A stretch of DNA of 63,494 bases, the filler included. It is 7 parts of 7 records of this genome, joined end to end, with 100 filler letters (N's around TTAATTAATTAA, not from the genome) between each part and the next. Parts side by side here need not be neighbours in the genome. Positions count along the whole stretch, not along the records: positions 58,245 to 63,494 come from SRR31147125_7579; 6 more parts are not named here. One strand, 5' to 3'. Positions 60,657 to 63,494 of the stretch are shown piece after piece. A model generated the notes under the pieces. That model saw only the letters and a list, made by a program, of their open reading frames with translations. It ran no database searches and was not told the origin of the DNA. How positions within the stretch are numbered: the stretch's first letter is position 1; the number at the start of each line of letters is the position of its first letter. The position numbers and the translations under genes are program-made.

Positions 60657-60682
60657 AAATCAGGTAATTAAAGGAAGTAATC

Positions 60683-63016
60683 ATGCTTGAAAATTATCTA
60701 AAAATGACATTCCGAAATATTATAAAATACAAGGGAATCTCAACAATCAATATTGCCGGGCTTGCTATTGGTATGGCGTCATGTCTTTTGATTCTATTTT
60801 TTGTTCAGAATGAACTTAAAAAGAACAAATTCCATAAAAATCATGACACTATATTTCGCGTTTACCAGATTGATCATTACCCGACCGGCGATTTTCCCTT
60901 TAGTAATATTCCCATGCCGATTGCACCTGCCTTAAAAAACAAATATCCCGAAATTGTAGATGCCGCCAGATTTTATCGAGAAACCGTATCCATAAAAAAT
61001 AAAGAAAATCTGTTTTACGAAGAACGATTTTATTATACCGATGAATCCTTTTTTGAAATATTTTCTTTTCCATTAATACTAGGCGATATTCAGCAAGCTC
61101 TATCGGAACCTCATTCAATATTAATCACCGAGAACATTGCGAAAAAATATTTTGGCAAAGAAAATCCAATTGGCAAAAAGCTTCTCATCGATAACAAATA
61201 CACTTTTACTGTTACCGGTATCCTGGCAAATACGGAACAACATTCCAGCATTCACTTTGACTTTTTAGCACCATTTTCATTTCTTGAATCAATAAATTTT
61301 GATACGCAGAACTGGAATTGGGGAAATTCTCAAGCTTATATCCTGCTCGATAAAAACACATCTCTACAATTAGTGGAAGATAAAATTAAAAATCTCCCAA
61401 AAGAACATTCTGAAGAAAATAGTGCCACTTTGCACTTACAACATATAAGTAAAATCGATTTTTACAACCTGACTGGCGAAATGGCGAGCATGAAATATAT
61501 ATACATCTTTACGTTAATAGCTATATTTGTTTTACTTATTGCCTGTATTAATTTCATGAACCTCTCCACAGCCCGTTCTGCCAATCGTGCCAAAGAGATC
61601 GGAATACGCAAGGTTCTTGGCTCCAGGAGAATCCAGCTTGTCAAACAATTTCTTGCCGAATCCATATTTTTTTCATTTATGGCCCTGGTTCTGGCAATCA
61701 TTATTATCGAAGTCGTTAAACCATTTCTTAATATTTTGGCAGGAAAATATATTTCGGCTAATTATTTTGAATCAACTATTTTTCTGAACTTGATCTTTTT
61801 ATCATTAATCACCGGGGTTGTTGCTGGTTGTTATCCGGCTTTATATTTAAGTGCTTTTCCTCCCATCCACAATCTGAGGAGGAAACTCACTGCAAATTCC
61901 GGGGCTACTGTTTTTCGAAGAACCATGGTCATATTCCAATTCTCAATTTCAATCATCTTAATAATATGCACGGGGGTTGTTATTTCACAGCTCAATTATG
62001 TAAAAAATAAAAATCTGGGGTTTAAAAAGGAAAATGTGCTATATGTTCGGATGAATAAAGATATCCAAAGAAATTTTGAATCTATCAGGGAAGCAATCTT
62101 AGGAAAACCTCACATTTTAAATGTAACCCGAACATTCCAAATTCCATCCCATAACAGATTGTCCTCAAATGCAGAATGGGAGGGCCAGAATGCAAATCAG
62201 AATTTATCACTTAATGTAAGCATCATCGATTTTGATTACATTGATACTTTCGGAATGGATATTATTAAAGGCAGAAATTTCTCAAAAAAACTCAAAACAG
62301 ATTCTGCAAACTATATCCTGAATGAGGAAGCAATCCGACAAATGGAAATTGCTTCGCCCATTGGGAAAACTTTTCATATGTGGCGTAATGGAACGATTAT
62401 AGGTATCGTCAAAGATTATCATTTCATGCCTCTTTACAAAAAAATTGAACCACTTGTCCTGACAATAGCACCGGAGTTTTATCGCTATGCTGTTTTCAAA
62501 GTTACTCCAGATGACCTATCTGAAACACTTCATAATCTAACAAAAATATGGGGCACATTTGCTCCGGATTATCCGTTCGAATATCATTTTTTGGATGAAG
62601 ATTATGAAGAGATGTACCGTTCTGAGCGGCAACTAAGCCATTTATTCAAATACTTTGCGGTTCTAGCTATATTTATTTCTTGTCTCGGGCTATTTTACCT
62701 GGCTTCCTATACAGCTGAACAACGCACCAAAGAAATTGGCCTGCGTAAAGTATTGGGAGCTTCTGTTATGGATATCATCTTTCTATTATCGAAAGAATTT
62801 ACAAAATGGATTATGTTAGCGAACATAATCGCATGGCCGATAGCTTATTTTGCTATTTCCAGATGGTTGCTCAATTTTGAATATCGAACAGATATTGGAA
62901 TTTGGATCTTTTTTACTTCAGGTATTCTAGCTCTTATTATTGCCCTGATTACAGTAACTTATCAGGCAATTCGCGTGAGCACCAGGAATCCTGTTGAAGC
63001 ATTGCGTTATGAGTAA
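60683..63016 (+). CDS. MacB/FtsX-type ABC transporter permease (duplicated)
   Basis: INIAGLAIG, ACINFMNLSTARS..RAKEIGIRKVLG, EQRTKEIGLRKVLGAS, NPVEALRYE. Confidence 0.93.
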   Translation: MLENYLKMTFRNIIKYKGISTINIAGLAIGMASCLLILFFVQNELKKNKFHKNHDTIFRVYQIDHYPTGDFPFSNIPMPIAPALKNKYPEIVDAARFYRETVSIKNKENLFYEERFYYTDESFFEIFSFPLILGDIQQALSEPHSILITENIAKKYFGKENPIGKKLLIDNKYTFTVTGILANTEQHSSIHFDFLAPFSFLESINFDTQNWNWGNSQAYILLDKNTSLQLVEDKIKNLPKEHSEENSATLHLQHISKIDFYNLTGEMASMKYIYIFTLIAIFVLLIACINFMNLSTARSANRAKEIGIRKVLGSRRIQLVKQFLAESIFFSFMALVLAIIIIEVVKPFLNILAGKYISANYFESTIFLNLIFLSLITGVVAGCYPALYLSAFPPIHNLRRKLTANSGATVFRRTMVIFQFSISIILIICTGVVISQLNYVKNKNLGFKKENVLYVRMNKDIQRNFESIREAILGKPHILNVTRTFQIPSHNRLSSNAEWEGQNANQNLSLNVSIIDFDYIDTFGMDIIKGRNFSKKLKTDSANYILNEEAIRQMEIASPIGKTFHMWRNGTIIGIVKDYHFMPLYKKIEPLVLTIAPEFYRYAVFKVTPDDLSETLHNLTKIWGTFAPDYPFEYHFLDEDYEEMYRSERQLSHLFKYFAVLAIFISCLGLFYLASYTAEQRTKEIGLRKVLGASVMDIIFLLSKEFTKWIMLANIIAWPIAYFAISRWLLNFEYRTDIGIWIFFTSGILALIIALITVTYQAIRVSTRNPVEALRYE

Positions 63017-63287
63017 AATATGTGAATTAAAACTATTATGATTATAAATAAACAAGAGAAATATAATCCACAACAATCCAAAATTATTGTTAATAAAATT
63101 TTTATATTATAGCATTCTATTTTAAGGAATTTACAGGATAAAAAAACACTTTATTCAGAGAAATAATTTTGGTAGTTATTTAATTTTGTTAAATTAATTA
63201 ACTACTTTCCCTCTTTACTAAAATCCATCTCGATTTTGTAATAATTTGAATGTTTAAACAATATTACCCTTATCGAGGATTCTTTAC

Positions 63288-63494
63288 ATGAATAGACACA
63301 ATCCTTTTTCGTTCCAGAATAATAACATTCAAAATATAAGTATTTTGAATAGGCTTAACCTTCTATTCCTCTTACTTCTTATCAGTTGTTCCAACCAACA
63401 AAAAAACAAAATCAATCCACCCATTAAACCTATTCCCTATACAGAAGCGGAGTTGGTAAGTCAGGAAATCCGGGATACCTATGAAGGTGATTTT
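63288..63494 (+). CDS. Putative lipoprotein, N-terminal fragment
   Basis: GAGG RBS; LLFLLLLISC lipobox; the frame is open to the window end. Confidence 0.4.
   Translation, partial: MNRHNPFSFQNNNIQNISILNRLNLLFLLLLISCSNQQKNKINPPIKPIPYTEAELVSQEIRDTYEGDF

Noticed and set aside
60635-60665. TTATCATGAGTGTCGGGGG resembling the 5' end of a SAM-I riboswitch
   Set aside because: The remaining SAM-I core (GCAACC, GTGC, GAT) is missing, the start codon follows too soon, and the gene context is unrelated.

Overview
This window is not one locus. It is seven unrelated contigs joined by 100-bp artificial spacers (N44-TTAATTAATTAA-N44). (A) 1-15858: probably a deltaproteobacterial/Bdellovibrionota-like chromosome, with a 1557-aa orphan multidomain kinase-like protein, gpmA, nikR, a degenerate CoA-dehydratase activator and an NTT/TLC nucleotide transporter. 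(B) 15959-22676: ytfRT-yjfF-ytfQ-like sugar ABC operon, a PHP protein and an SrlD-like SDR. (C) 22777-35164: Firmicutes-type conjugative/mobilisable element with a MobP3-type relaxase, an RHH protein, an RP4-like oriT/nic, a 2517-aa DarB-like methylase-SNF2 helicase and three SSB-like paralogs. (D) 35265-44278: Acholeplasma/Izemoplasma-like DNA with mglA/mglC, an ABC exporter, a 5'-nucleotidase, a guanine riboswitch and guaB-guaA. (E) 44379-51583: type I R-M locus carrying DinD-relic, KilA-N and KAP-NTPase cargo. (F) 51684-58144: Bacteroidota sugar-acid operon resembling 3,6-anhydro-D-galactose (carrageenan) catabolism. (G) 58245-63494: rho, an EEP hydrolase and a sigma54-driven ABC permease. 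The most notable observations are: a TnpV-like gene with its own RBS nested in the +1 frame of the giant helicase; a predicted leading region whose four proteins all end in [D/E]R; and a run of 24-28-bp palindromes in the R-M cargo region that each encode a conserved motif of a DNA-binding family (DinD, RhuM, KilA-N). All family assignments come from motif recognition by eye. No database search was run, and taxonomic labels are impressions.
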